The translations under genes were made by a program, and so were the position numbers. Shown in pieces: positions 42,365 to 52,207 of a stretch of 64,000 nt of DNA. The notes beneath the pieces were generated by a model. The model was not told where the DNA came from and searched no databases. It saw only the letters and a program-made list of their open reading frames with translations. The DNA is taken from positions 7,334 through 71,333 of the forward strand of contig JAFGOA010000187.1 of assembly GCA_016926735.1 (NCBI GenBank). Reading direction: 5' to 3'. Source of the stretch: Promethearchaeota archaeon. GTDB taxonomy: Archaea > Asgardarchaeota > Lokiarchaeia > Sigyniarchaeales > SOKP01. Each line of letters opens with the position of its first letter. Position 1 is the stretch's first letter.

Positions 42365-43279
42365 ATGGATATACCGAATAAAAAACCTTCAAAAAAAATA
42401 TGCTATTTCCTTGATACTGATGAAACTGCTTCTCCTTTTGACATCAATATGGCTTATGATGCGGGATTTGATGTGGTTGTCCCGTTTAATAATATGACAG
42501 CCGATAAAGTCCCAAGACTGATACAAGACGCTATTTTTTCCAGAAAACCAAATGCTTCTACTGCCTTTTTTATTGGGGGAGAGGATACAAAAGAAGCAGA
42601 TAAAATTGTTAATAAAGTCTTGGAATCATTTGTTCCTCCTTTTGAATGCCCTGTGATTGTTGATCCACGAGGATCACATACTACTGCTTCAGCAATAATT
42701 GCTAAAATTATAAAGATAGCTAAAGAACACGGAATTGAAAATTTATCTGGGAAAAAAATGGTAATTTTAGGAGCAACTGGTCCAGTAGGAAAGATTGGAG
42801 CTCTTCTTTCGGCTAATCTTAATTGCAATACAGTCATTACCTCTAGAAGAGAACAATATATAATGACATTAGCGAAAGAACTTAATGAGAACACAAATAA
42901 TGGTGCGTCTGAAATAATTGGAGCTGTTGGAGCTACAGATGATGATAAATATAATGTTTTAAAAGATGCAGATTTAATTTGCTCAGTTGCGAAAGCTGGT
43001 ATTGAAATGATCTCAAAAGAACTACTAGAAAAATTACCTCCTAAAAAAATAGTCGTAGATATTAATTTAGTCCCTCCCTATGGTATCTATGGTCTAAAAC
43101 CTAATTATGATAATGAGGAACTAATATCAGGAATTTTTGGGATAGGTGCTCTAGCAATTGGGAATCTCAAATCTAAAATTGAAAAGGCTATGTTAATAGA
43201 AGCATCTAATACAACAGGGAGAAAAATATTTGATTATAAAAATGCATTTAATTCAGCTAAATTGTTACTTAATATTTGA
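42365..43279 (+). CDS. NAD(P)-dependent methylene-H4MPT/H4F dehydrogenase (MtdA/B-like), copy 1
   Basis: SPFDINMAYDAG, AIFSR, DPRGSHTTA, GATGPVG, DINLVPPYG and GALAIG. Confidence 0.88.
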   Translation: MDIPNKKPSKKICYFLDTDETASPFDINMAYDAGFDVVVPFNNMTADKVPRLIQDAIFSRKPNASTAFFIGGEDTKEADKIVNKVLESFVPPFECPVIVDPRGSHTTASAIIAKIIKIAKEHGIENLSGKKMVILGATGPVGKIGALLSANLNCNTVITSRREQYIMTLAKELNENTNNGASEIIGAVGATDDDKYNVLKDADLICSVAKAGIEMISKELLEKLPPKKIVVDINLVPPYGIYGLKPNYDNEELISGIFGIGALAIGNLKSKIEKAMLIEASNTTGRKIFDYKNAFNSAKLLLNI

Positions 43280-43667
43280 TTAATTTCATTTTCTTATATA
43301 TTTCTTTGCCAGCAATTTTTACTTTGTTGTCTATATATTACTTTTAAGATTAGTTTTTCCGTATGGTATTAAATTTAGATACTTCTGTTTTAGGTGGAGA
43401 TAATTTTTTTAATTGGTGTTTATTTTATAGAATATTTACTTTTTTAAAAAGTATATATTATATTTCATAATCACTAAGAATTGTTACATTATACAAATAT
43501 AATGCTAGATTTTAATATTAATAAGATTGATTTCCAAATAGTATAAGACTAAAAGAGAATATTAGATGATCTATTATGATCAAAAGATTAATATACCCAA
43601 ACATTATATTATAACTTGTGATAGTTACTTTTTTCTTTTTTTTCTCAAAATGAGGTAGATCATTAGG

Positions 43668-44618
43668 ATGGAACTATTAAAATTAAAATCAAATGAAAAG
43701 ACTATTAATATGATTAAAAAAGATAAAACAGCTAATATATGCTATTTTTTTGATACTGATGAATATGCTTCTCCTTTTGATATCAATATGGCTTATGATT
43801 CAGGTTATGATATTGTCATTCCTTTCAATCATATGAGTAGTAAAAAAGTTCCTAAGCTGGTTCAAGATGCTATTTTTTCCAGACGGAAATATAATTCTTC
43901 AATTTTCTTTATCGGGGGAAGTGATACGCAGGAAGCAGATTTAATCGCTAAAAATATTTTTAATTCTCTGGTACCACCATTTGAATATCCTATTGTCTTA
44001 GATCCCCGAGGATCTCATTCTACAGCCTCGGCCATAGCTGCTAAAACTCTTAGTATTTTAGGAAATATTAATAACAAAAAGATTGTAATTTTAGGAACGG
44101 GTCCAGTTGCTAGAATGGCTGCTTTATTAGGTGCTAAACTTAATGCTAAAATTAATATCGTGGAAACATGGAATAAAGTGGATTTAAAACAATTTAATGA
44201 AATTATAAAAAATCTAAAAAAGGAGTGTAAACAAGAAGAGAATAACCGAATTAATGGAAATTGTGCTTTTTCTGAAGAAGATCGTTTGGTAATAATAAAA
44301 GATGCAGATATTATTTGGTCACTGGCGGCACCTGGAATACAGATCCTTTCAGAGGAAATTATGAGTAATTTAAACAACAGTCAATTAGTAATTGATGCAA
44401 ATTTAGTACCTCCCTATGGAATTTATGGATTAAAACCTAAAGATGATAATAAAGAAATATATCCTGGAATTTTTGGAGTTGGAGCATTAGTAATTGGAAA
44501 ATTAAAATATAAGATTGAGTCTTTGATATTAAAAAAAGCAATGAATTCTGCAACAAAAACACTTTATGATTATAATTATGGATTTGAAATAGCATTGAAA
44601 TTATTAAATTTAAATTAA
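43668..44618 (+). CDS. MtdA/B-like dehydrogenase, copy 2
   Basis: SPFDINMAYDSG, DPRGSHSTA, GTGPVA and DANLVPPYG. Confidence 0.85.
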   Translation: MELLKLKSNEKTINMIKKDKTANICYFFDTDEYASPFDINMAYDSGYDIVIPFNHMSSKKVPKLVQDAIFSRRKYNSSIFFIGGSDTQEADLIAKNIFNSLVPPFEYPIVLDPRGSHSTASAIAAKTLSILGNINNKKIVILGTGPVARMAALLGAKLNAKINIVETWNKVDLKQFNEIIKNLKKECKQEENNRINGNCAFSEEDRLVIIKDADIIWSLAAPGIQILSEEIMSNLNNSQLVIDANLVPPYGIYGLKPKDDNKEIYPGIFGVGALVIGKLKYKIESLILKKAMNSATKTLYDYNYGFEIALKLLNLN

Positions 44619-44908
44619 TTTTTTTTTAACCTTTTTAGTATATTATTTTTTATTATCTAATTATATACAAATAATTGTATAATAATCAAAAATGAATTTT
44701 GAAATTAACAAATTATTACCTATTATAAATATATCCATGTTTGTTTATCAGCTTGATATGATTGATAATAATAATAAAAAGCACATATCAGATCATAAAA
44801 TATATGATAATGATCAAAACATTTATATATTAAAATCATTTCTACATCTTTTGGGGAATATATTTTAAAGAATTTAGCCTGTATTTTAAAAAGAGGTGAG
44901 CTTATAAA

Positions 44909-45862
44909 ATGGAATTATTGGAAATAAAACCTGATAAAAGATTAATTAAAGTTATAGAAAAAGAAAAACAAACTGATATTATATGCTATTTTTTTGATAC
45001 AGATGAATATGCCTCTCCATTTGACATAAATATGGCTTATGATGCTGGAATAGATAATGTTTTACCTTATAGTAATGTGAAAGCTAATTATGTTCCAAAA
45101 TTAATAAATCAACTTATTTTTTCTAGAAAAATATGTTCTAGAACAATCTTTTTTGTTGGAGGAAGCAAAACAAATGAAGCTGATTTGATTGCTAAAAATA
45201 TTTATCATTCATTAGTAGCTCCTTTCAATTTTCCTATCATAATTGATCCTAGAGGGTCTCATACAACTGCCTCAGCGATTATAGCAACAATGATTAAAGC
45301 TATAAAAAATTTAAAGAATAAAAATATTGTAATATTAGGAACCGGTCCTACAGCAAGAATATTAGCAATATTAGCAGCCAGATTAAAAGCAAAAATAGTT
45401 ATGTTCGAAACATTGAAAAACGTTAATCAAAATTATATAAACGATCTCAATTTTGAATTAAGTGAAAAATTAGCTCAAGATTTTAAAAATCTAACTATTT
45501 ATTGCAATTCTAACGATATTATTGACCGATTTGACCTAATCAAAAATGCAGATATAATTTGTTCTCTTGTGGCACCTGGAGTAGAGATTTTACCTGTTCA
45601 TATAATTAAAAAATTAAAGAGCCCAAAATTAATTATTGATGGAAATATGGTACCTCCTTATGGTGTGTGGGGATTAAATCCAAATGATAATAATAAAGAA
45701 ATTTATCCAGGGATTTTTGGTATTGGCGCATTAATCATAGGTAATTTAAAGTATAAAATAGAATCTCTTATTTTGAAAGAAGCCATGAAATCTAGTATAA
45801 AAAGAATTTTTAATTATAATTACGCATTTAATATCGCTTTAAAATTACTTAATTTAAAATAA
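44909..45862 (+). CDS. MtdA/B-like dehydrogenase, copy 3
   Basis: SPFDINMAYDAG, DPRGSHTTA, GTGPTA and DGNMVPPYG. SD GAGGTGA upstream. Confidence 0.85.
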   Translation: MELLEIKPDKRLIKVIEKEKQTDIICYFFDTDEYASPFDINMAYDAGIDNVLPYSNVKANYVPKLINQLIFSRKICSRTIFFVGGSKTNEADLIAKNIYHSLVAPFNFPIIIDPRGSHTTASAIIATMIKAIKNLKNKNIVILGTGPTARILAILAARLKAKIVMFETLKNVNQNYINDLNFELSEKLAQDFKNLTIYCNSNDIIDRFDLIKNADIICSLVAPGVEILPVHIIKKLKSPKLIIDGNMVPPYGVWGLNPNDNNKEIYPGIFGIGALIIGNLKYKIESLILKEAMKSSIKRIFNYNYAFNIALKLLNLK

Positions 45863-45979
45863 TTTTTTTTTCTTTTTTTTTTTTAAATAATTATCAATAA
45901 TAATTATTATTAGTAGGAACAATAGTTATTTTCATCTGAAATAAATTATTCTTCTTTTTCTGTAAAAAAAAATAAAATA

Positions 45980-46768
45980 TTATATAAATAATTTTATAAT
46001 TAAAAAGATTCCAATTCCTATACCATAAATAGGAATAACATATTTCCAGAATTTATTTGGTATAACTCTTACAAGATATGGAGATATTAAGGCAGCAAAA
46101 AACCCTCCTGTGAAAAGTGAAGGTAAAAGAATGAGATCAACAATTATTCCAAAATTTTGAATCAAATAGAAACAAAAAATACCAACTATTGAAACAATAC
46201 TTTCTGAAAAAGAAACAATAGCTGTAGCGCTTTTTTCATAAATACCTGAATGAATTTGTCCTAATGTAATTATTGGACCATAACCTCCTCCTCCAATTCC
46301 TTTATTAAAACCTGCTATTGCTGAAAAACCGATTAATAATTTACGATTTAATTTATTTTGTTGATCTTTTTTAATTATTAATTTTAGAATTGCAACTCCT
46401 CCCATAATAACTACTAAAATAGCTACATATGCTTTAATAAAAATGGTTGGCAAATGAAATGCAAGATATGTAATTATAATTGAAGCAAATATTGCAATAC
46501 ATCCACAAAATGCAAAAATTAATCCGAATTTTGTAGCCTCATTTAATGGTTTGAATGAATAACGAACATTTCCTAATTCATGATCAAAAAATGTATCAAT
46601 TATTCCTGTTATTGTTTCAGAAATAAGTATTGTTGGTACTACTTGAAGAGGAGAAAATCCATATAATAACAATAATGGGGATAATGCAGTTCCAAAACCC
46701 ATACCTGCCATTGAGTCCATAGATTCAAAAATAAAAGCTAAAATTATAATATCCCAAAATAAATCCAT
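45980..46768 (-). CDS. TauE/SafE-family (sulfite exporter-like) membrane protein
   Basis: DSMAGMGFG...P.LLL.G, second repeat GIGGGGYGP, about 8 TM. Confidence 0.88.
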   Translation of the reverse strand: MDLFWDIIILAFIFESMDSMAGMGFGTALSPLLLLYGFSPLQVVPTILISETITGIIDTFFDHELGNVRYSFKPLNEATKFGLIFAFCGCIAIFASIIITYLAFHLPTIFIKAYVAILVVIMGGVAILKLIIKKDQQNKLNRKLLIGFSAIAGFNKGIGGGGYGPIITLGQIHSGIYEKSATAIVSFSESIVSIVGIFCFYLIQNFGIIVDLILLPSLFTGGFFAALISPYLVRVIPNKFWKYVIPIYGIGIGIFLIIKLFI

Positions 46769-46781
46769 TCTTATATTACCT

Positions 46782-46922
46782 CTAAATGGTAAAATGAAAT
46801 ATAAGCATTATTAGAATATAGAATAAAATAGCAAAAAGAATTTTCTTAATCGTATTTCTTTCTAATTTCATTCTTTCTCTAATATGGCGTTCATCCAATC
46901 TTTTAGCTTCTGATCCAATCAT
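46782..46922 (-). CDS. Unannotated 46-aa single-TM small protein upstream of TauE
   Basis: MIGSEAKRLDERHIRERMKLERNTIKKILFAILFYILIMLIFHFTI*. The stop TAG overlaps the GAGGT SD of the TauE gene. Confidence 0.55.
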   Translation of the reverse strand: MIGSEAKRLDERHIRERMKLERNTIKKILFAILFYILIMLIFHFTI

Positions 46923-47025
46923 AACTTTAAATATTTTATTAATTAGTAATCTAAATTTAATTTGAAAATTATTATTTTAGATATAGTATTTAGGAGATTA
47001 TCACTATTTAAGGTTTTTTACTTAA

Positions 47026-47045
47026 TTGATCATCGAGATGATCAA
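47026..47045. promoter_or_regulatory. Palindrome between the divergent TauE unit and iorB
   Basis: TTGATCATC-GA-GATGATCAA. ATGATCAAAA also occurs at 43576 and 44810 just upstream of TATA-like boxes. Confidence 0.45.
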
Positions 47046-47360
47046 AACCAATAAATTTAAATATAATTCCATTGAAATAAAGAAAAATTACATAATTTTT
47101 ACAGATTAAAAAAAATTAAAATTTGAATTGATTTTAAACATATTTATTTGTATTTTCTTTAACTTGCTTGGAACTTTTATTTCATAATTCTAAATCTTTT
47201 TAGATTAATTTTGTATAAACAAAAATAATGATATTAAAATATCCATTTCTTTCTTTTAGGGGGACAAAAAATAGAAGAATTTTTATATTTAAAATGATAA
47301 AATCTTTAATCATTTCTAAATTTTTTAATATAATCAAAGTATTTGTTGATATATTCAAAG

Positions 47361-48065
47361 ATGAGCTTTAAAGAAACTGATATTATTAATATTGTTGTAG
47401 CAGGAACTGCCGGACAGGGAGTTATTTCAGTTAAACGATTAATTGAATTTGCAGCTCAAAAAGCAGGCGCAGAGCGAATTCTTGGAAGTGAAATCTTTAT
47501 TTAGTTAGAATAAAGACATTTAATGCATGGACTCGCTCAGAGAGAAGGTGCTATAACAAGTCATACACGATATCAAAAGAAATTGTTCAATAATCCTCGT
47601 AAAGATTTGCAATCTTCATTAATCTGCTATGGAGATGCGGATATTTATATTTGTCTCGAACCAGTTGAAGCTTTGAGAAGAGGTATTTTTGCTTCGGAAA
47701 AGACAACTTTTGTAATAAATTCAAGAACAATTCCTGGTGTAATGATAACTGCTGGTCTGGAAAAATACCCATCATTAGATAAAATTAAAGAAACTTTGAT
47801 AGGTAATGCTAAAGATGTTTATTTTATAAATGCTACTGAAATATCTTTAGAATATTTCAAACAAAATCAGCAAGTAAATATAATAATGTTAGGTTTTGCT
47901 ATATCAACTAATAAATTACCTTTTATCGAAATAGATCATTATGAAGATGTAATTAAAGAATGGCTAAAAGATCCTGAAATAAATATTAAAGCATTGCATT
48001 TAGGTATCGAAAAAGGTAAAGAAATAATCGAAAAAATGAATTTAAATCCAGACAAGATAGAATAA
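47361..48065 (+). CDS. iorB: Indolepyruvate:ferredoxin oxidoreductase beta subunit, two exons (47361-47492 + 47523-48065), 224 aa if spliced
   Basis: Exon 1 IVVAGTAGQGVI...ILGSE and exon 2 MHGLAQREG...LEPVEALR...NIIMLG are in the same frame, separated by a 30-nt stop-containing insert. Confidence 0.88.
47493..47522 (+). other. Candidate BHB-type intron in iorB mRNA
   Basis: Central helix AGTG/CATT, bulges AA|A and TA|A, inner stem TCTTTATT/AATAAAGA. In-frame TAG and TAA lie inside. Confidence 0.8.
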
Positions 48066-48107
48066 ATGATTGATAAAGAGAATGTCTAATAAAATTTAAA
48101 AAAATAA

Positions 48108-49028
48108 TTAGCTTATAGACACTATAATTGTTCCAATAATTATTATAATAATTCCTAGTATTTGATACTTATTCAGATTTTCTTTTAGGATAATAATCCC
48201 TAAAATAACAGTAATTAAAGGATTTATGGCAGTAATTGGGCTTGCTCGAGAGATACCAATCAGACGAATTGCTTCAAAATAAGCAACGCTTCCTATACCC
48301 CAAGCCATTATTCCTGCATATACTAAGAATATGAAATTTCGTTTTGAAATTGATTTTCTTTCTCTCTTTATTTTATTATTATTAGTATTTCCAATTGAAA
48401 ATATCAACCATACTATTGTTGTGAATATAGTAGATACAAAAAATCTAAAAGCTGTTACTGAATATGTGTTAATATTAGGAAATTCAAAAACGAAATTTAA
48501 CATAACCAAGGATATTGACCATGATAAAGCACCCAAAATAGCTAATAATATACTTGTATAATATAATTTAGTATTAATCTCTTCTTTACTATCATTATAT
48601 CCATTTTTCTGGGATACAAATCCTACTCCAATAACCGTTGTAATAGTTCCTATAATAGTCAAAATAGATATGTTCTCAATATCACCTATAATTAATATAG
48701 TTGCTATAAAGATTGGTGTAATTGAAGACGCAACTTGAACAATTGATGCTTTTCCCATTTTGAGTGCTTTAAAATAAAGAATTTCACCCAAAGAGTTTAA
48801 TAGACCTCCAATTATTAAAAGAAAAGATATATTCATTTGAAATAAAGATCTAAAAGAATATATTAGACCAGAAGCTAATATAAATATGAGAAGAAAACAA
48901 ACAGCTGAAAACCCACGAATAATTACTGAGACCAATGGAGATTGTTCTTTTAAAACTACTTTAACAACAATAACTGTTGATCCCCAGCAGAATGCTGCCA
49001 ATATTGATAGTATTATTCCTAAGAACAA
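48108..49028 (-). CDS. EamA/DMT transporter
   Basis: Two repeats (AAFCWG...YFKALK; GALSW...YFEAI...L.E), about 10 TM. Confidence 0.9.
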   Translation of the reverse strand: MFLGIILSILAAFCWGSTVIVVKVVLKEQSPLVSVIIRGFSAVCFLLIFILASGLIYSFRSLFQMNISFLLIIGGLLNSLGEILYFKALKMGKASIVQVASSITPIFIATILIIGDIENISILTIIGTITTVIGVGFVSQKNGYNDSKEEINTKLYYTSILLAILGALSWSISLVMLNFVFEFPNINTYSVTAFRFFVSTIFTTIVWLIFSIGNTNNNKIKRERKSISKRNFIFLVYAGIMAWGIGSVAYFEAIRLIGISRASPITAINPLITVILGIIILKENLNKYQILGIIIIIIGTIIVSIS

Positions 49029-49494
49029 TGCCTTTCACTAAATTCTTTTTTTTAATTTTTACAATTTATTTGATTTTCCTTATTTTTTATTATATGCTCA
49101 AATAGAAAGATCTTGAGAAGATATAAAAAGAAGGATAATATATTTTTAGTTTTAAAACAACAAAATTAAGTAGTCTTAATACTATAAAAGATGGAATGTT
49201 AAAAATTATATAAACTTTGCGCTAATCTAATGGGAAAGATTTCCCTTATATTATTTTGGAGGATAATTTAAAGGATATTCAATCTAGATACAATATAATT
49301 TAAGAAAACCTTTTTATCTTCGATTTTAGGAACTTAACTAAAATATAAATACCTCAAAATCTAAAAATTAGAACACCATATAAAGATATTATTGCTTATG
49401 TTGCAATGATATTACCATCAAAAAAAATATTCTATTGCTTTGGGAATGATTTTTTTTTCAATTTAAGGTGATTCTTAGGATTATTAAAGATGAT

Positions 49495-49965
49495 TTATTT
49501 TAATTCTTTTTTTAACATTATCATATGCTTTAAAAGTATTCCATTCTCATAGATAGGTTCAGGGTAATTATCACTGATAAAATTCTTTTTAATATCATAA
49601 ATTTCAAAGCCTACTTTTTGATATAAATATAATTGTTTAATTCCTCCATTCGCGGTACCGATAATAATTGTTTTAAAATTTTTTTCTCGTGCTCTTCTTA
49701 TAGCGTCTAATAACAATGTTCTTCCTATTCCATGTCCTTGATATTCTTCATCCACAGCAATATTTTTAATTTCAACAATATTATTCCTTAAATCTTGAAG
49801 AACATAGACTGCTATAATTTTTTCATTATTTACTAAAATATAAATTTCTGAATCATTTATATATTTATTAATCGCTTCTGTCGTCTCATCTGCTAAAAGT
49901 AATAAATCATAAGGTATATCCTCATTTCTCTGCAATTGTCTGATTTTACTATTTTCAAAATTCAT
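49495..49965 (-). CDS. GNAT N-acetyltransferase
   Basis: LLLLAD, EIKNIAV.E.YQG.GIG and YQKVGF. Confidence 0.9.
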   Translation of the reverse strand: MNFENSKIRQLQRNEDIPYDLLLLADETTEAINKYINDSEIYILVNNEKIIAVYVLQDLRNNIVEIKNIAVDEEYQGHGIGRTLLLDAIRRAREKNFKTIIIGTANGGIKQLYLYQKVGFEIYDIKKNFISDNYPEPIYENGILLKHMIMLKKELK

Positions 49966-50346
49966 ATTTCAATCTATGTTATCAAATTATTTGTTATTTT
50001 TTATATTTTCTAACAATTTCTAGCTAAAAAATAAATTGTAAATCATATTATTAATTTGTAAAAATAATTGGATAAAAAATATAATAAATAAAATTAAAGA
50101 TTCTATTTAATCCAATGGTTATAGAGATAATATTAAACGTAAATAATTTAAAGAAAATCTAAAATTTCATTGGTTCTTGTTATTTATTTTGCTTTTTTTT
50201 TCTAAAAAATCAATAATTCTCAAGTATGCATCTTTTCTGAGAATATACAATTAGAAGTAGATAATAAAAAAATATAATAGATGATTTTTTCAATTGACCG
50301 ATGAATTACTGTAAAAATTACCAATTTTTTATAGATAGTTGTAAAG

Positions 50347-51366
50347 CTATTGCTTATCAGTATATAAAAAATTTCTCTCCCCAAGTATTTCATCTATTTC
50401 ATCCATTTGATATTTATTTAATGGCCCAAATTCCAATGTTTTCACATTTTCCTCAACTTGATTTTTGGTTTTAAAACCAGGAATTGGAATTGTGTTATTA
50501 CTGCGAGCTAAGATCCAAGAAAGAGCTCCTTGTACCATCGAACGCCCATCACTCATTAATATATCTTTTATGGAATCTAGTTTTCCTAACCACTCTGGAT
50601 CAGGTCTTCCCCCTTTAAAATATTTTAACCATTCGGGGGCATTTTTTCCTCGAACATCATTTTCAGGAAGTAGTGATTTTGATGAATATTTACCCGTAAG
50701 TAACCCCATAGCTAGTACAGTTCTATTGATACTTGCTAAATTATTTTTTTCACATAACCCGATAATTTCTTTCATATCATGCAAAACATTAAGTTCATGC
50801 TGGATAGAAACACAATTTGAATTTTTTACAAAATATTCACTCAAATCAAATAAATCTGTACTCCATCCATATGCATTTATTTGTCCACTTGATTTTAAAT
50901 CATCTAATGTATGTATTATTGGAATTAGATCATCTTTTGAGACATACCATAAATGTATCTGATATAAATCGATATAATCTGTGCCTAATCTATTTAATGA
51001 AGCTTTACAAGCTTCTTTAATATATTCAGGAGTGATGTTTGTTCCTGTTCTTATTTTATTCTTTGAATCAAAAGTATTGCCAAACTTGGTTGCAATTATA
51101 ATATCATCTCTATAACCTTTAATTGCTTTACCTAAAATTTCTTCGCTATGACCTGCTCCATACACATCTGCTGTATCAAAAAAATTAATTCCTAAATCAA
51201 TAGCACATTGTATTGCTTTAATTGATTCCGCATCATCTATATTACCATAACCCGATGGAATTCCATTTTCATCCATAGTTACTCCTCCTATAGCCCAACA
51301 ACCCATTCCCAAGGGACTCACTTTTATTTTTGATTTACCTAACGTTCTTTTTTCCAGTTTTACCAT
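50347..51366 (-). CDS. Aldo/keto reductase
   Basis: GMGCWAIGG, FFDTADVYG, IATKFG, SL.RLGTDYIDLYQIH and PIPG. Confidence 0.95.
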   Translation of the reverse strand: MVKLEKRTLGKSKIKVSPLGMGCWAIGGVTMDENGIPSGYGNIDDAESIKAIQCAIDLGINFFDTADVYGAGHSEEILGKAIKGYRDDIIIATKFGNTFDSKNKIRTGTNITPEYIKEACKASLNRLGTDYIDLYQIHLWYVSKDDLIPIIHTLDDLKSSGQINAYGWSTDLFDLSEYFVKNSNCVSIQHELNVLHDMKEIIGLCEKNNLASINRTVLAMGLLTGKYSSKSLLPENDVRGKNAPEWLKYFKGGRPDPEWLGKLDSIKDILMSDGRSMVQGALSWILARSNNTIPIPGFKTKNQVEENVKTLEFGPLNKYQMDEIDEILGERNFLYTDKQ

Positions 51367-51682
51367 GAGAATACACTAATATTTTTTAAACAACGATATA
51401 AGATTAATTAGAAAGAATAAATCTTAAATCTGTCTATTTTAAGTTACAAAATATTTTTCTAATTGTTAACTAAAACTCTATAAAAATCATTAACTTCTTT
51501 TCTAATTATATTCTTTTTAAAATAAAAAGCTAGTCCCTAAAAATATTAGGATATTTGCTTACTATGGGGACTAAAACATAACTCATTGATAAAAATTTAA
51601 GAGTAAGCAAAAGATTTTTTGAGTTTATTAAAGTATTTTATTAAATTGTGATCTTTTGTAAAAATAAAAATGAGAATTTTGA

Positions 51683-52207
51683 CTAAGTTCTTTTAATTAT
51701 TCTAATTAATCCTTTTTTACGTAATTTCTCCATGATTATTTCAACGTTTTCTAAAGATATACTTGCGATTTGAGCAACCTTTTCTACTGTATTCATTCCA
51801 TCACAAATTTTCATTACTTTATATTCTTCAGCGGTTACCATACCAAGAGAGACACTCATTTTTGGTACTTCTTTTACAATTATAGGAATGCGAACATCTC
51901 CTGTTTGTGTTCCCATTCTTAATTCAGGGAGACTTGGACTTGCACCAAAAAATGATTTTACTTCAGTAACACTATATTGATCATTAATATAAACGTAAAT
52001 TGTATGTTCATTTATAGATGGATCATCCAGATCATCTGGGTCAGGACTGGGATTGGTATGCTTATATTCTTTTGTATAGGGTCCCATAGATAAACCTTTC
52101 GCAATTTCATCCTTATCTACTTTAAGATCAATCATCTCTTTACAGATATCACACCATGCCCATATCTCGATAAAGGTAAAATATTTCTTGACTTTATTTT
52201 GAGCCAT
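51683..52207 (-). CDS. Hypothetical protein: putative Cys/His metal-binding N-domain plus C-terminal winged helix
   Basis: WCDIC...H...EHTIYVY and CDG.NTVEKVA....LRKKGLI. Confidence 0.65.
   Translation of the reverse strand: MAQNKVKKYFTFIEIWAWCDICKEMIDLKVDKDEIAKGLSMGPYTKEYKHTNPSPDPDDLDDPSINEHTIYVYINDQYSVTEVKSFFGASPSLPELRMGTQTGDVRIPIIVKEVPKMSVSLGMVTAEEYKVMKICDGMNTVEKVAQIASISLENVEIIMEKLRKKGLIRIIKRT

Noticed and set aside
47502-47513. Pyrrolysine or stop readthrough explanation for iorB
   Set aside because: A TAA follows the TAG in frame, and readthrough would insert 10 residues into a conserved motif.
47523-48065. Tracked 180-aa ORF as the complete iorB, or iorB as a simple pseudogene
   Set aside because: The missing GxxGQG N-terminus is intact and in frame at 47361-47492, and the interruption coincides exactly with BHB cut sites.
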